This document shows positions 1-8,175 of a DNA stretch of 64,000 bases, in pieces (within the stretch, counting starts at the first letter, position 1; each line of letters opens with the position of its first letter). The stretch lies in sequence record NC_014636.1. One strand, written 5' to 3'. The notes beneath the pieces were generated by a model. The model was not told the DNA's origin. It saw nothing but the letters and a program-made list of their open reading frames with translations, and searched no databases. The position numbers were made by a program, and so were the translations under genes.

Positions 1-1326
1 GCGAGTCAACAAAGCTTTCTTAACGATTTCCATACGCTCTTCCAGAATTTCAAAGAAGCGCATTTGATTGCCGTTTGCGTCGAGTGCGATACGCGGCAAG
101 TTCAGAGTAACAACACCGAGATTGTTTCTGCCTTCATGAACTTCATTACCGGTTTCGTCTTCCCAGCGATGCAAGAAACTACGGCATCCCATAGGGAACT
201 TAAAGCTACCAGTCACTTCTACCACTTTATCATAACTCAAGATGTCTGGATACATACGCTTGGCAGCGCACTCCAGTGCCATCTGTTTGATACGATACAG
301 AGGATCAGTTGGTTTCAAGTTGTGTCCGTCTTTCAGCGCGAAAACAAGTTTCGGGAAAACGGGAGTAATACCTTCTTTGCCAAGACCTTTCATCCGAACT
401 TTCAGAATTGCTTCCTGAATGAGTTCGGATTCCCAGCTAGTGCCTAGTCCAAACCCGAAAGTGCAGAATGGAGTTTGACCATTTGCCGAGTGCAGAGTGT
501 TTACCTCATACTCTAGGCTTTGCATTGCATCATACACGGCTTTGCGAGTCTTTTCAATAGCGTATTGCCTTTGATCTGGAATTTTCCAATAACGCGCTTC
601 ATCCAAATGCTTTTCATGTGTCATCTTAACATAAGGTGCCAATGCTTCGTCAATGCGATTAATTGTGTTGCCACCATAAATGTGACTTGCAACCTGTGCA
701 ATGATTTGAGCAGTAACAGCCGCAGCGGTAGCGATGCTCTTAGGAGTTTCGATCTGTGCATTACCCATGCGGAACCCACGCTCTAACATGCCGTTGAGAT
801 CAATCAACATGCAGTTAAACATTGGGAAGAACGGAGAGTAATCAAGATCATGGAAGTGAATAAAACCAGCTTCGTGTGCTTGCAGAACTTCGGTCGGCAG
901 ATAGTGCTTTGCAAAGTGCTTGCTTACTATGCCCGCGACTAAATCGCGTTGTGTCGGAATAACTTTTGCATCTTTGTTTGCATTCTCATTCATGATCCCT
1001 TCGTCTTCTTGCTTCATCAGTCCGACGATTCGCTTGGTCATATCGCTGTTCATATCGCGAGCAACGTCACGATCATAGCGGTATTCGATGTAGGCGCGAG
1101 CCACAGCAGGGTAACGGGAGCGCATTAGGGTATCTTCAACAACGCGCTGGATCTCTTCAATCGTTACGGTGTTGCGTCCAATCAGCTTTCGAACTACTGC
1201 TTCCGTAGCGTGATGCGGGAATGTTGGATCGGTGATATTGATAGACTTGAGGGAGTTGGAGATTGCTGTTTCAATAAAAGACTGGTCGAAATTAACGACT
1301 CGGCCGTCTCGTTTTTGTACTTGCAT
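1..1326 (-). CDS. nrdD: Anaerobic (class III) ribonucleoside-triphosphate reductase large subunit, N-terminal 442 codons (3' end outside window)
   Basis: Not in ORF track because it runs off the edge. Manual translation from ATG at 1326: MQVQKRDGRVVNFD (ATP cone) ... HFHDLDY ... NCML ... YGGNTIN ... GQTPF ... FPKLVF ... PMGCRSFL ... GRNNLGVVTLNLPRIAL; open to position 1. Confidence 0.97.
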   Translation of the reverse strand, partial: MQVQKRDGRVVNFDQSFIETAISNSLKSINITDPTFPHHATEAVVRKLIGRNTVTIEEIQRVVEDTLMRSRYPAVARAYIEYRYDRDVARDMNSDMTKRIVGLMKQEDEGIMNENANKDAKVIPTQRDLVAGIVSKHFAKHYLPTEVLQAHEAGFIHFHDLDYSPFFPMFNCMLIDLNGMLERGFRMGNAQIETPKSIATAAAVTAQIIAQVASHIYGGNTINRIDEALAPYVKMTHEKHLDEARYWKIPDQRQYAIEKTRKAVYDAMQSLEYEVNTLHSANGQTPFCTFGFGLGTSWESELIQEAILKVRMKGLGKEGITPVFPKLVFALKDGHNLKPTDPLYRIKQMALECAAKRMYPDILSYDKVVEVTGSFKFPMGCRSFLHRWEDETGNEVHEGRNNLGVVTLNLPRIALDANGNQMRFFEILEERMEIVKKALLTR

Positions 1327-1360
1327 TTGTGTTTCCGTTGTGAGTGTGAAGGAAAAGAAA

Positions 1361-1380
1361 AACGAGTCTTTCGACTCGTT
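1361..1380 (-). terminator. Intrinsic terminator-like hairpin upstream of nrdD
   Basis: AACGAGTC-GAAA-GACTCGTT followed by TTTCTTTT on minus strand. Confidence 0.7.
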
Positions 1381-1393
1381 TGTATTGTACTGC

Positions 1394-1400
1394 TATTTAG
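1394..1400 (-). promoter_or_regulatory. Possible late promoter (CTAAATA)
   Basis: Same heptamer as upstream of gene 49, the internal-protein operon and the PARP-like gene; but followed directly by a terminator-like hairpin. Confidence 0.4.
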
Positions 1401-1413
1401 AGTGTAGATAAAC

Positions 1414-1806
1414 TTAGCCGAACAAAGAAAGTAGCTTGGTATCTTCTGCTTTCAGATTATCCACGATTGCTTTCAGTTCAGCATAACGAATCGAGCAACG
1501 ACCACTATTCACGTTGATGCCTGCCTCTTTCAGAGCGGACAACGGGATAGATTTCAAGTTGTCGAAATAGATGTCGTTGGTGTTGACTTCTTTGCCGGTT
1601 GCAGTGCCAGAACGAATGCTGGTGATCTCTGCAAAATACGCTTTGTTCCCTTTGTCAACGATGGCGATGTACTTCATCTTGTTGACACGTTCCTCCGCAC
1701 CGATGAAGCCTTTAGCACGTTTCAGAGCAATCATTCGCTCAAAAGTCAGGCAGCCAGCAGCGTCATCTTGGTCACGGCTCGGGATTACTACGATGGTATC
1801 TTGCAT
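1414..1806 (-). CDS. Hypothetical early protein
   Basis: Start moved to MQDTIV (GAGG SD, downstream of early promoter). Confidence 0.8.
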   Translation of the reverse strand: MQDTIVVIPSRDQDDAAGCLTFERMIALKRAKGFIGAEERVNKMKYIAIVDKGNKAYFAEITSIRSGTATGKEVNTNDIYFDNLKSIPLSALKEAGINVNSGRCSIRYAELKAIVDNLKAEDTKLLSLFG

Positions 1807-1838
1807 GATTTCTTCCTCAGTTTTGTTTCGATGTAGAC

Positions 1839-1867
1839 ATATTAACAGGACAGAATCGTGAGTCAAC
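1839..1867 (-). promoter_or_regulatory. Early sigma70-type promoter
   Basis: GTTGAC-N17-TAATAT with TG extension; conserved leader CATCGAAACAAAACTGAGG. Confidence 0.8.
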
Positions 1868-1872
1868 AACTT

Positions 1873-2145
1873 TTATTTATTTTTCGGGAAACCCAGAACA
1901 CTAAAGCCAGCCGACTCACACAACTGAATAACAGATTGAACATCCTGATATTCGTTGTTTGTGCAATACGCTTGGCGATCTTCCAGAACAAGACTCAGAT
2001 ATGGGTCTACCTTGCCTGCATACTTACAATCGCGATCTTTTGCGCGTTTCAACGCATCATCGCAATCCAGCTTGGTATAAGCCACGCGAGTTGTAATCCA
2101 GACGTTGCGAAAGTTAGGGGCAATGAAAACACATACTTTAGTCAT
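1873..2145 (-). CDS. Hypothetical early protein
   Basis: ORF with GAGG SD behind promoter. Confidence 0.8.
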   Translation of the reverse strand: MTKVCVFIAPNFRNVWITTRVAYTKLDCDDALKRAKDRDCKYAGKVDPYLSLVLEDRQAYCTNNEYQDVQSVIQLCESAGFSVLGFPKNK

Positions 2146-2172
2146 GATTTGTTCCTCAGATTTGATGCGACC

Positions 2173-2201
2173 ATCATATCACGGTCGCACATTACGTCAA
2201 C
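2173..2201 (-). promoter_or_regulatory. Early promoter with inverted repeat around -10
   Basis: GTTGAC-N17-TATGAT; TGCGACC/GGTCGCA arms. Confidence 0.8.
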
Positions 2202-2207
2202 AACCTT

Positions 2208-2291
2208 TTAGAAAATTTTCGGCAGAATCGCAGCGACGATGCCAAGAACAGCAATCACCACGATCAGTTCGATAAGAGTAAAACCTTTCAT
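2208..2291 (-). CDS. 27-aa type IV prepilin-like peptide (N-terminal methylation motif only)
   Basis: Manual translation MKGFTLIELIVVIAVLGIVAAILPKIF*; GAGGA SD 7 nt upstream; follows stop of upstream gene by 3 nt; matches G|FTLIE class III signal, hydrophobic helix and Pro22. Confidence 0.9.
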   Translation of the reverse strand: MKGFTLIELIVVIAVLGIVAAILPKIF

Positions 2292-2294
2292 TTT

Positions 2295-2552
2295 TCATTC
2301 CTCACATTGAGATAGAATTTTAAAACCTCTCTGACGCAGAGCTTCCCGCATATCAGAAAATGCTTGAAATTTGGACTCGGAAGTAATCATATACTTATCA
2401 GTTTCGATATCGTTGATATCCAACTCAGGAAACGCTTCATGAAACCGACGCAGTGCCACAGTGGAAGAGTGAGCTGCCATGCCATCGATGTTAGATGATA
2501 CGAAAGCCAGCTTACGTTTGTGATTCACGAAAGTGCGAATTTGATGTTCCAT
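2295..2552 (-). CDS. Hypothetical early protein
   Basis: Start moved to MEHQIR (GAGG SD). Confidence 0.8.
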   Translation of the reverse strand: MEHQIRTFVNHKRKLAFVSSNIDGMAAHSSTVALRRFHEAFPELDINDIETDKYMITSESKFQAFSDMREALRQRGFKILSQCEE

Positions 2553-2587
2553 GATGTGTTCCTCAGTTGTTTTGTTTCGATGTGGAC

Positions 2588-2616
2588 ATCCTATCAGGTC
2601 TAATCCATGTGTCAAC
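2588..2616 (-). promoter_or_regulatory. Early promoter driving 2295-2552 and the mini-pilin
   Basis: GTTGAC-N17-TAGGAT, TG extension, leader CATCGAAACAAAACAACTGAGG. Confidence 0.8.
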
Positions 2617-2633
2617 TACTTTTTGAAAATAAA

Positions 2634-2653
2634 AATCCGCCCGAAGGCGGATT
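2634..2653 (-). terminator. Terminator after nrdB
   Basis: AATCCGCC-TTCG-GGCGGATT + T-run. Confidence 0.9.
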
Positions 2654-2655
2654 AG

Positions 2656-3786
2656 TTAAACTTCTAGTTCTTCGAAGAACTCGGCATCCAGCGTCGGGTC
2701 AACTTGACCAACGAGATAGCTAGACAACTCGGCTTCCTGTGCTGCTACTTGAACACTTTCACTATTCAGCCACTTGCGAATCCACGGCAGAGGATGCTTG
2801 CTTGGAACGTTAAGCTCTTCTGGAATAGGCAGACCAGCTGACTGCATACGGCTCGCAGTCAGATAATCGATATAGTCCAGCATAGATTGCAGACTAAGAC
2901 TAGGGATAGAAACTCGACTCAACAGATCACGCGCCCATTCTTTTTCTTGTTCGGCAGCGTCCAGAAAAATCTGAACAGCCTTTGACTCAAGACGTTTAGC
3001 AATATCAACCATTTCTGGGTCATCTTCGCCGTTTTGCCAAGTGCGAATTTGATACTGGGTGCCTTTGAGGTGCAATTGTTCATCACGCGCAATCAGTTTC
3101 ATGATCTTAGCGTTGCCTTCCATCAAACCGCGTTCGGCAAACGAGAAGGTGCAGGCGAAGCTTACATAAAAACGAATCGCTTCCAAAGCGTTTACCGCGT
3201 GTTTGGCGAGATACAGAGCTTCTTTTACTTTAGTCAGTTGTTGAACTTGCAGACCAGCCGGGAATACTTGACAGCACAACATATCATAGGTGCGTTTCTC
3301 GCGAATCAGATCGTCGTAATACTGAGTCACGGCAGTGGCGCGTTTCATGATCTTTTCATCGAGCATGATCCTATCAAACACTTCGGTCGGATTCACATAC
3401 AGATTCCGCATGATGTGAGTATACGAACGGCTGTGAATCGTTTCACTAAAGCTCCAAGTAGTGATCCAAGTCTCCAGCGCGATGTCTGACACCATTGGCA
3501 AGAAAGTCAAGTTAGGTGCGCGACCCTGAACAGAATCAAGCAGACTTTGATATTTCAAGTTTTGAGTGAACACATATTGTTCGGCTTCTGTCAAGCGACT
3601 GAAATCAATCATGTCCTTAGACAAATCGACTTCTTCGGGGCGCCAGAAAAATGAGAGCTGTTTCTCGGTAAGCTTGTCAATGACAGGATGCTTCACAGTT
3701 TCATAACGAGCGAGACCCATCGCATCACCAAGATACATCGGAGCCTTCATATGGTCAACTACATTTTTGTTAAATACGGTATCCAA
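2656..3786 (-). CDS. nrdB: Class Ia ribonucleotide reductase beta subunit
   Basis: FFWRPEEVDL, ETIHSRSYTHI, EAIRFYVSFAC, RDEQLH, C-terminal QVAAQEAELSSY; no intron. Confidence 0.98.
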   Translation of the reverse strand: MDTVFNKNVVDHMKAPMYLGDAMGLARYETVKHPVIDKLTEKQLSFFWRPEEVDLSKDMIDFSRLTEAEQYVFTQNLKYQSLLDSVQGRAPNLTFLPMVSDIALETWITTWSFSETIHSRSYTHIMRNLYVNPTEVFDRIMLDEKIMKRATAVTQYYDDLIREKRTYDMLCCQVFPAGLQVQQLTKVKEALYLAKHAVNALEAIRFYVSFACTFSFAERGLMEGNAKIMKLIARDEQLHLKGTQYQIRTWQNGEDDPEMVDIAKRLESKAVQIFLDAAEQEKEWARDLLSRVSIPSLSLQSMLDYIDYLTASRMQSAGLPIPEELNVPSKHPLPWIRKWLNSESVQVAAQEAELSSYLVGQVDPTLDAEFFEELEV

Positions 3787-3805
3787 TTTTTTTGTTCCTT
3801 TTGAT

Positions 3806-3823
3806 AAGGGGCCGTAGCCCCTT
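3806..3823 (-). terminator. Hairpin between nrdA and nrdB
   Basis: AAGGGGC-TACG-GCCCCTT; weak T-tail. Confidence 0.55.
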
Positions 3824-3832
3824 TGTTAAACG

Positions 3833-6067
3833 TTAGACTTTGCAAGTGTCACAGGAAGAATCGGTTTCTTCGGTACCATCAGCGCCATCGTGGAGATTAG
3901 AATAGTACAGCGATTTAACGCCATATTTTTGCGCTCTACTCATATCTTTCAGAACGACTTTCATCGGCAGCTTATCACCCGGATAAATCGACGGGACGTA
4001 ATAAGTGTTTGCACTGATCATCTGATCCACAAACTTCTGCATGATAGCGACAATATCGAGGTAACCCTTCATGCCACGTTTAGCCATCGCCCAAGCGGTT
4101 TCATACTCGCTACCAAGCATTTCTACCTCTGGCACTAGCTGATTAAACACACCATCTTTCGATTGCTTGGTGCTCACTAGGCCACGCGGTGGCTCGATAC
4201 CGTTTGTGCTGTTGGTAATTTGGCTAGAACTTTCACACGGCATAAACGCGCTCAGTGTGTCATTGCGCATACCGTACTTTTTAATCTCGCCACGTAGCCA
4301 TTCCCAATCCATTTTCAGATCATTAGGAACGATGCTGTCAACGTTTTTGTTATACCAATCAATCGGCAGAAGACCATCAGCCCACTTAGTCTTGTGATGC
4401 CATTCGCTCGCGCCACGTTCTTTAGCAAGTTCCATACTAGCAACGATGTTAGCAAACTGCATCATTTCCATAGTGCGATGAACAAGTTTGTTCGCGCTGC
4501 CATCAGAATACTTAACAAAGTTCTTGGCAAGGAAATAAGCAAAGTTTGTTACACCGATACCGAGTGCGCGACGCTTCTTGGCAGCTAGTGCTTGAACAAC
4601 TGGATACTCTTGATAATCAAGCAGATTGTCCAACGCTCGAACGGCGGCACGTGCTACGTTCAAGAAGTCGTTATATCCTTCAATCGCTCCCAGATTGTAC
4701 GCTGCTAGGGTGCAAAGTGCAATCTCACCAGTGCCGTCACGATGAACGGGATAGGTAGGTAGTGCGATTTCAATACACAGGTTAGACTGACGAATAGGCT
4801 CTTTGTACGGAGTCGCGCTGTTTACGTTGTCGATGAACATCGGATAGATTCGACCGGTGCCGCTTCGCTCTTGAGCAAACAGGTTGAACAACTCAGAAGC
4901 CTTGATACGTTTCTTGATAAGGAACGGCTCATTCTCCAGCATTTCGTATAGCTCGCGGAACTTCACGGGGTCGCTATAATACAGATCGTAAAGCTCGCCT
5001 TTCTGAACGTCTGGACTGAACAAGGTAATATAGTCGTCGTTTTTCAACCGTTCTAACATCAGCTTATTGATTTGGATACCGTAGTCAAGATGTCGGATTC
5101 GGTTTTCTTCAACGCCCTTGTTATTCTTGAGCACAAGGATTTTTTCAACTTCGAGGTGCCACATTGGGTAATATAGAGTTGCGGCACCGCCGCGAACACC
5201 ACCCTGTGAACAGCTCTTTACCGCAGTCTGGAAGTATTTCCAAAATGGGATAATACCGGTATGTCGCACTTCACCGCTACGAATGCGAGATCCCTCGGCA
5301 CGAATCGCACCGCCGTTGATGCCGATACCAGCGCGTTTGCTGATATAGTCAACGATAGAACTAGCGGTAGCGTTGATGCTATCCAGTTCGTCTCCACATT
5401 CGATCTTGACACAAGAGCTAAACTGCCGAGTCGGGGTGCGAACACCTGCGAGAATCGGAGTTGGCAGACTCAGCTTGCCAAGCGATGTTACGTCATAGAA
5501 GTTTTTGACTTTTTGCAGTCTATCTGTTTTTTCTTCTTGATGCAAGCACATTGCAACAAGCATATACAGCATTTGCGGAGTTTCGAACACTTCTCCAGTG
5601 CTGCGATCTTTCGCTAGGTATTTCTCTTTGAACTGCATTACGCCAGCATAAGCCAGATTGAAATCTCGATCATGCTTGATGTAAGCATTCAGCTCCTCAA
5701 ACTCTTCATCTGTCCATTTGGAGCACAGTTCTGGGTCATATTTCCCGTCCATGACGAGATCCATAACGTGCGGTTTCAGATGAATCGGGTCAAACTGATT
5801 GTAAACTTGCTTGCGCAATGCATACATTTGCAGTCGAGCGGCTACATACTGATAATCAGATTGTTCGATGGAGATACGGTCAGCGGCGAACTTGATAGCG
5901 ATCTCTTGGATTCGCTTAGTGCTCATACCTTCGGTGATAGAAGGCATAATACCGTCTAGAATTTCTTTGGGGCTAATGCGAGTCCCTTCTGTTGCAAAAC
6001 TCAGAATTTTAAACAGCTTGCCTACGGTGAATTCTTCGGTAATTCCGCTTGATTTTCTTACTAACAT
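3833..6067 (-). CDS. nrdA: Class Ia ribonucleotide reductase alpha subunit (intact)
   Basis: ATP cone, PTRQFSSC, SNLCIEI, ALCTL, PCESSS, LYY, C-terminal CDTCKV. Confidence 0.98.
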   Translation of the reverse strand: MLVRKSSGITEEFTVGKLFKILSFATEGTRISPKEILDGIMPSITEGMSTKRIQEIAIKFAADRISIEQSDYQYVAARLQMYALRKQVYNQFDPIHLKPHVMDLVMDGKYDPELCSKWTDEEFEELNAYIKHDRDFNLAYAGVMQFKEKYLAKDRSTGEVFETPQMLYMLVAMCLHQEEKTDRLQKVKNFYDVTSLGKLSLPTPILAGVRTPTRQFSSCVKIECGDELDSINATASSIVDYISKRAGIGINGGAIRAEGSRIRSGEVRHTGIIPFWKYFQTAVKSCSQGGVRGGAATLYYPMWHLEVEKILVLKNNKGVEENRIRHLDYGIQINKLMLERLKNDDYITLFSPDVQKGELYDLYYSDPVKFRELYEMLENEPFLIKKRIKASELFNLFAQERSGTGRIYPMFIDNVNSATPYKEPIRQSNLCIEIALPTYPVHRDGTGEIALCTLAAYNLGAIEGYNDFLNVARAAVRALDNLLDYQEYPVVQALAAKKRRALGIGVTNFAYFLAKNFVKYSDGSANKLVHRTMEMMQFANIVASMELAKERGASEWHHKTKWADGLLPIDWYNKNVDSIVPNDLKMDWEWLRGEIKKYGMRNDTLSAFMPCESSSQITNSTNGIEPPRGLVSTKQSKDGVFNQLVPEVEMLGSEYETAWAMAKRGMKGYLDIVAIMQKFVDQMISANTYYVPSIYPGDKLPMKVVLKDMSRAQKYGVKSLYYSNLHDGADGTEETDSSCDTCKV

Positions 6068-6101
6068 GTTACCTCGTTGTGTTGGTGGAGAGGATGTTGG
6101 T

Positions 6102-6130
6102 ATTATACATTGATCTGAGTCAATGTAAAC
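6102..6130 (-). promoter_or_regulatory. Early promoter of nrdA-nrdB
   Basis: GTTTAC-N17-TATAAT (T4 early consensus); ACATTGA/TCAATGT inverted repeat in spacer. Confidence 0.85.
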
Positions 6131-6157
6131 TGATTACATCTTTAAGAGAAAGAAAAA

Positions 6158-6173
6158 TCCCGCCTTAGCGGGA
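6158..6173 (-). terminator. Terminator
   Basis: TCCCGC-TAAG-GCGGGA + T-run. Confidence 0.85.
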
Positions 6174-6180
6174 CTCTTAT

Positions 6181-6645
6181 TTAGAATTGATCGTATTTGT
6201 TCTTGACAAATGTCATGACGTTAAGCCAATAACGGGCTAGTTCAACGCGAGCCTCGTAATATTCATCCGAACCACGCTGCATGTATTCGCTATGATACTC
6301 GATACCACATAGCCCTTCATTCTTGACGGTAATCACACAAGATTGACTACCGCTCCAGAATTTGTAATCTTTCAGAATGTCCGGATCTCGGAGCGCACCA
6401 CTCAGATCACTGTTGATCATACGACAAAGCCCGGATTTCACTTGCTCGCGAGTGTATTCTTTGTTAGCAACTCGGCACAGTGTCCGCATATCGATTTCAT
6501 ATTTCTTTTTGTTCTCAATCAGAAACATCAGAGTCGGGTAATACTTTACCAGATCCGAGTTATCCAAGAAATGAGCACGAATACGCTTGCTCTTTGGCAT
6601 GAAAACGGTTGAGATTGCTAAACTAACGATTTCACGAACACTCAT
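6181..6645 (-). CDS. Hypothetical protein, paralogue 1 of tandem triplet
   Basis: Shares YK(F/H)WSG and Y(Y/W)EAR(V/L)ELAR(Y/H)W with next two genes. Confidence 0.85.
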   Translation of the reverse strand: MSVREIVSLAISTVFMPKSKRIRAHFLDNSDLVKYYPTLMFLIENKKKYEIDMRTLCRVANKEYTREQVKSGLCRMINSDLSGALRDPDILKDYKFWSGSQSCVITVKNEGLCGIEYHSEYMQRGSDEYYEARVELARYWLNVMTFVKNKYDQF

Positions 6646-6673
6646 GATTATTTCCTCAATAGTTGGTGTGAGT

Positions 6674-6702
6674 ATAATATCACACCAACATTAGATTACA
6701 AC
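6674..6702 (-). promoter_or_regulatory. Early promoter with 10-bp inverted repeat around -10
   Basis: GTTGTA-N17-TATTAT; GTTGGTGTGA/TCACACCAAC arms. Confidence 0.75.
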
Positions 6703-7104
6703 TTATTTCTTGCTAGATTCGATAACGCCGTCGATATAACGGATCCAGTGACGAGCCAGTTCCAGACGCGCTTCCCAGTATTGATCGCGGAATTCTTTAT
6801 CACCAGCGCAACGGGCTTCCAGTTTAAACTGATTGATTGCCTCGTTTACGTAATCCATTTCGGCAATACCAGCTTCGGTAGTTTCACCGATATAGATTGA
6901 ATAGCCTTTCTGACCACTCCAGAACTTGTAGCCGCGAAGGACTTCTTCGCTATTCAAACGCGGACGAATCGGGAGACTGTCAATCTCAATAACAGTACAC
7001 AGACCTTGACTGCAATCCTTGCGGCTGATATTGCCGTCCAGAACATCTTGCAGAGTATCGCGTACAGTGTGATAAGTTTTGGAGTGATCGATGTAGTTAG
7101 TCAT
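6703..7104 (-). CDS. Hypothetical protein, paralogue 2
   Basis: Start moved to MTNYID; shared motifs. Confidence 0.85.
   Translation of the reverse strand: MTNYIDHSKTYHTVRDTLQDVLDGNISRKDCSQGLCTVIEIDSLPIRPRLNSEEVLRGYKFWSGQKGYSIYIGETTEAGIAEMDYVNEAINQFKLEARCAGDKEFRDQYWEARLELARHWIRYIDGVIESSKK
6729..6782. repeat. 54-bp exact direct repeat, copy 1
   Basis: Identical to 7188-7241; encodes YWEARLELARHWIRYID. Confidence 0.95.
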
Positions 7105-7133
7105 AACATTTTCCTCAGTTGTTTGATGTAGCC

Positions 7134-7162
7134 ATATTAGCAGGATGAAATCTGGTGTCAAT
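7134..7162 (-). promoter_or_regulatory. Early promoter
   Basis: ATTGAC-N17-TAATAT. Confidence 0.75.
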
Positions 7163-7575
7163 CACATTTCGCTAAGTTTTTTGGTTTCGTCGATATAACG
7201 GATCCAGTGACGAGCCAGTTCCAGACGCGCTTCCCAGTATTCGTCATTGTCGCCAACATATTGCTCATTTTCGTATTGAGCAACGGCACGACTCAGATAC
7301 ATATGGCGATCTTGTTTCAGTGCTTCGCGGTCGATTTCACCAACATAGATGATATAACCGACTTTACCGCTCCAGTGTTTGTAGCCTTCCAGGACTTTCG
7401 GAGTAGCGAGATCCACGCCAAATTCATTGGTAGCGATAAGATCACACAGACCTTTCTTGCACTCTTCGCGGGTGATTTCACCTTGCAGAACTTTTTGCAG
7501 AGTGAGACGCATTTGATCGTAAACGCCTTTGAATTCGCGATAGCTTTGAATGCGGTTAAACAGATCGATATTCAT
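7162..7575 (-). CDS. Hypothetical protein, paralogue 3
   Basis: Shared motifs; GAGG SD. Confidence 0.85.
   Translation of the reverse strand: MNIDLFNRIQSYREFKGVYDQMRLTLQKVLQGEITREECKKGLCDLIATNEFGVDLATPKVLEGYKHWSGKVGYIIYVGEIDREALKQDRHMYLSRAVAQYENEQYVGDNDEYWEARLELARHWIRYIDETKKLSEM
7188..7241. repeat. 54-bp exact direct repeat, copy 2
   Basis: Identical to 6729-6782. Confidence 0.95.
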
Positions 7576-7619
7576 AACAATTTCCTCTGGTTTTGATTGT
7601 GTTCTAAAACAATAAAGCC

Positions 7620-7649
7620 AGTCTACGTGAGACTGGCTTAGGTGTCAAA
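7620..7649 (-). promoter_or_regulatory. Early promoter overlapping a 10-bp hairpin
   Basis: TTTGAC-N18-TAGACT; AAGCCAGTCT/AGACTGGCTT arms. Confidence 0.65.
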
Positions 7650-8135
7650 TCAATTATGAAGTTTTTTCATAAATTTTGGTAGTTCTTTGTTGAATGCCTT
7701 ACACAGATCAGCTTTGGTCATACCGTCATTGTACGCGAACCCGTATTTTTGCATTTCGGCGATCATGGCTAGCTTGTCTTGACGAGCAAAACGCTTTTTC
7801 AAGTCAGGCACAAGTTTCGGGTGAATGTCGTTTGTGCTGCTATCGCGCTTGAGATACGCTAAGAGCGATTCCAGATAGTCTATGTAATCAATCCCACGAC
7901 TTGCTAGTCCGGAGCGCATAAACTCGTGTCTAGTGCGTCCCTCGGAGCCGTTACATAGATTGCACAGCAGACCACGAACACGCCCGGCATTTGTACCGTC
8001 CAATTCGTGATCGTGGTCTAAGTGATTCTTGTTGATTTCTGGGTCAAGTTCACGCTTGCAGATCGGACAAATCCCGTTTTGCTCATGATAGAGTTTTTCT
8101 TTTGCGGTATCGTAAGTTTTTGGTGTTAGCAGCAT
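7650..8135 (-). CDS. 49: Recombination/packaging endonuclease VII (gp49)
   Basis: CPIC ... HLDHDH ... VRGLLCNLCNGSEG; T4 gp49 architecture. Confidence 0.95.
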   Translation of the reverse strand: MLLTPKTYDTAKEKLYHEQNGICPICKRELDPEINKNHLDHDHELDGTNAGRVRGLLCNLCNGSEGRTRHEFMRSGLASRGIDYIDYLESLLAYLKRDSSTNDIHPKLVPDLKKRFARQDKLAMIAEMQKYGFAYNDGMTKADLCKAFNKELPKFMKKLHN

Positions 8136-8136
8136 G

Positions 8137-8175
8137 ATAGAGTCATTCCATAGTTAATGTCATGACTCTATTTAG
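8137..8175 (-). promoter_or_regulatory. Late promoter CTAAATA (8169-8175) overlapping an RBS-sequestering hairpin of gene 49
   Basis: ATAGAGTCAT...ATGACTCTAT stem ending next to the ATG; same layout as T4 gene 49 control. Confidence 0.8.

Noticed and set aside
2190-2298. Alternative frame MKNERFY... starting at ATG 2298
   Set aside because: ATG abuts the SD with zero spacing and gives no recognisable product; the pilin frame has ideal spacing.
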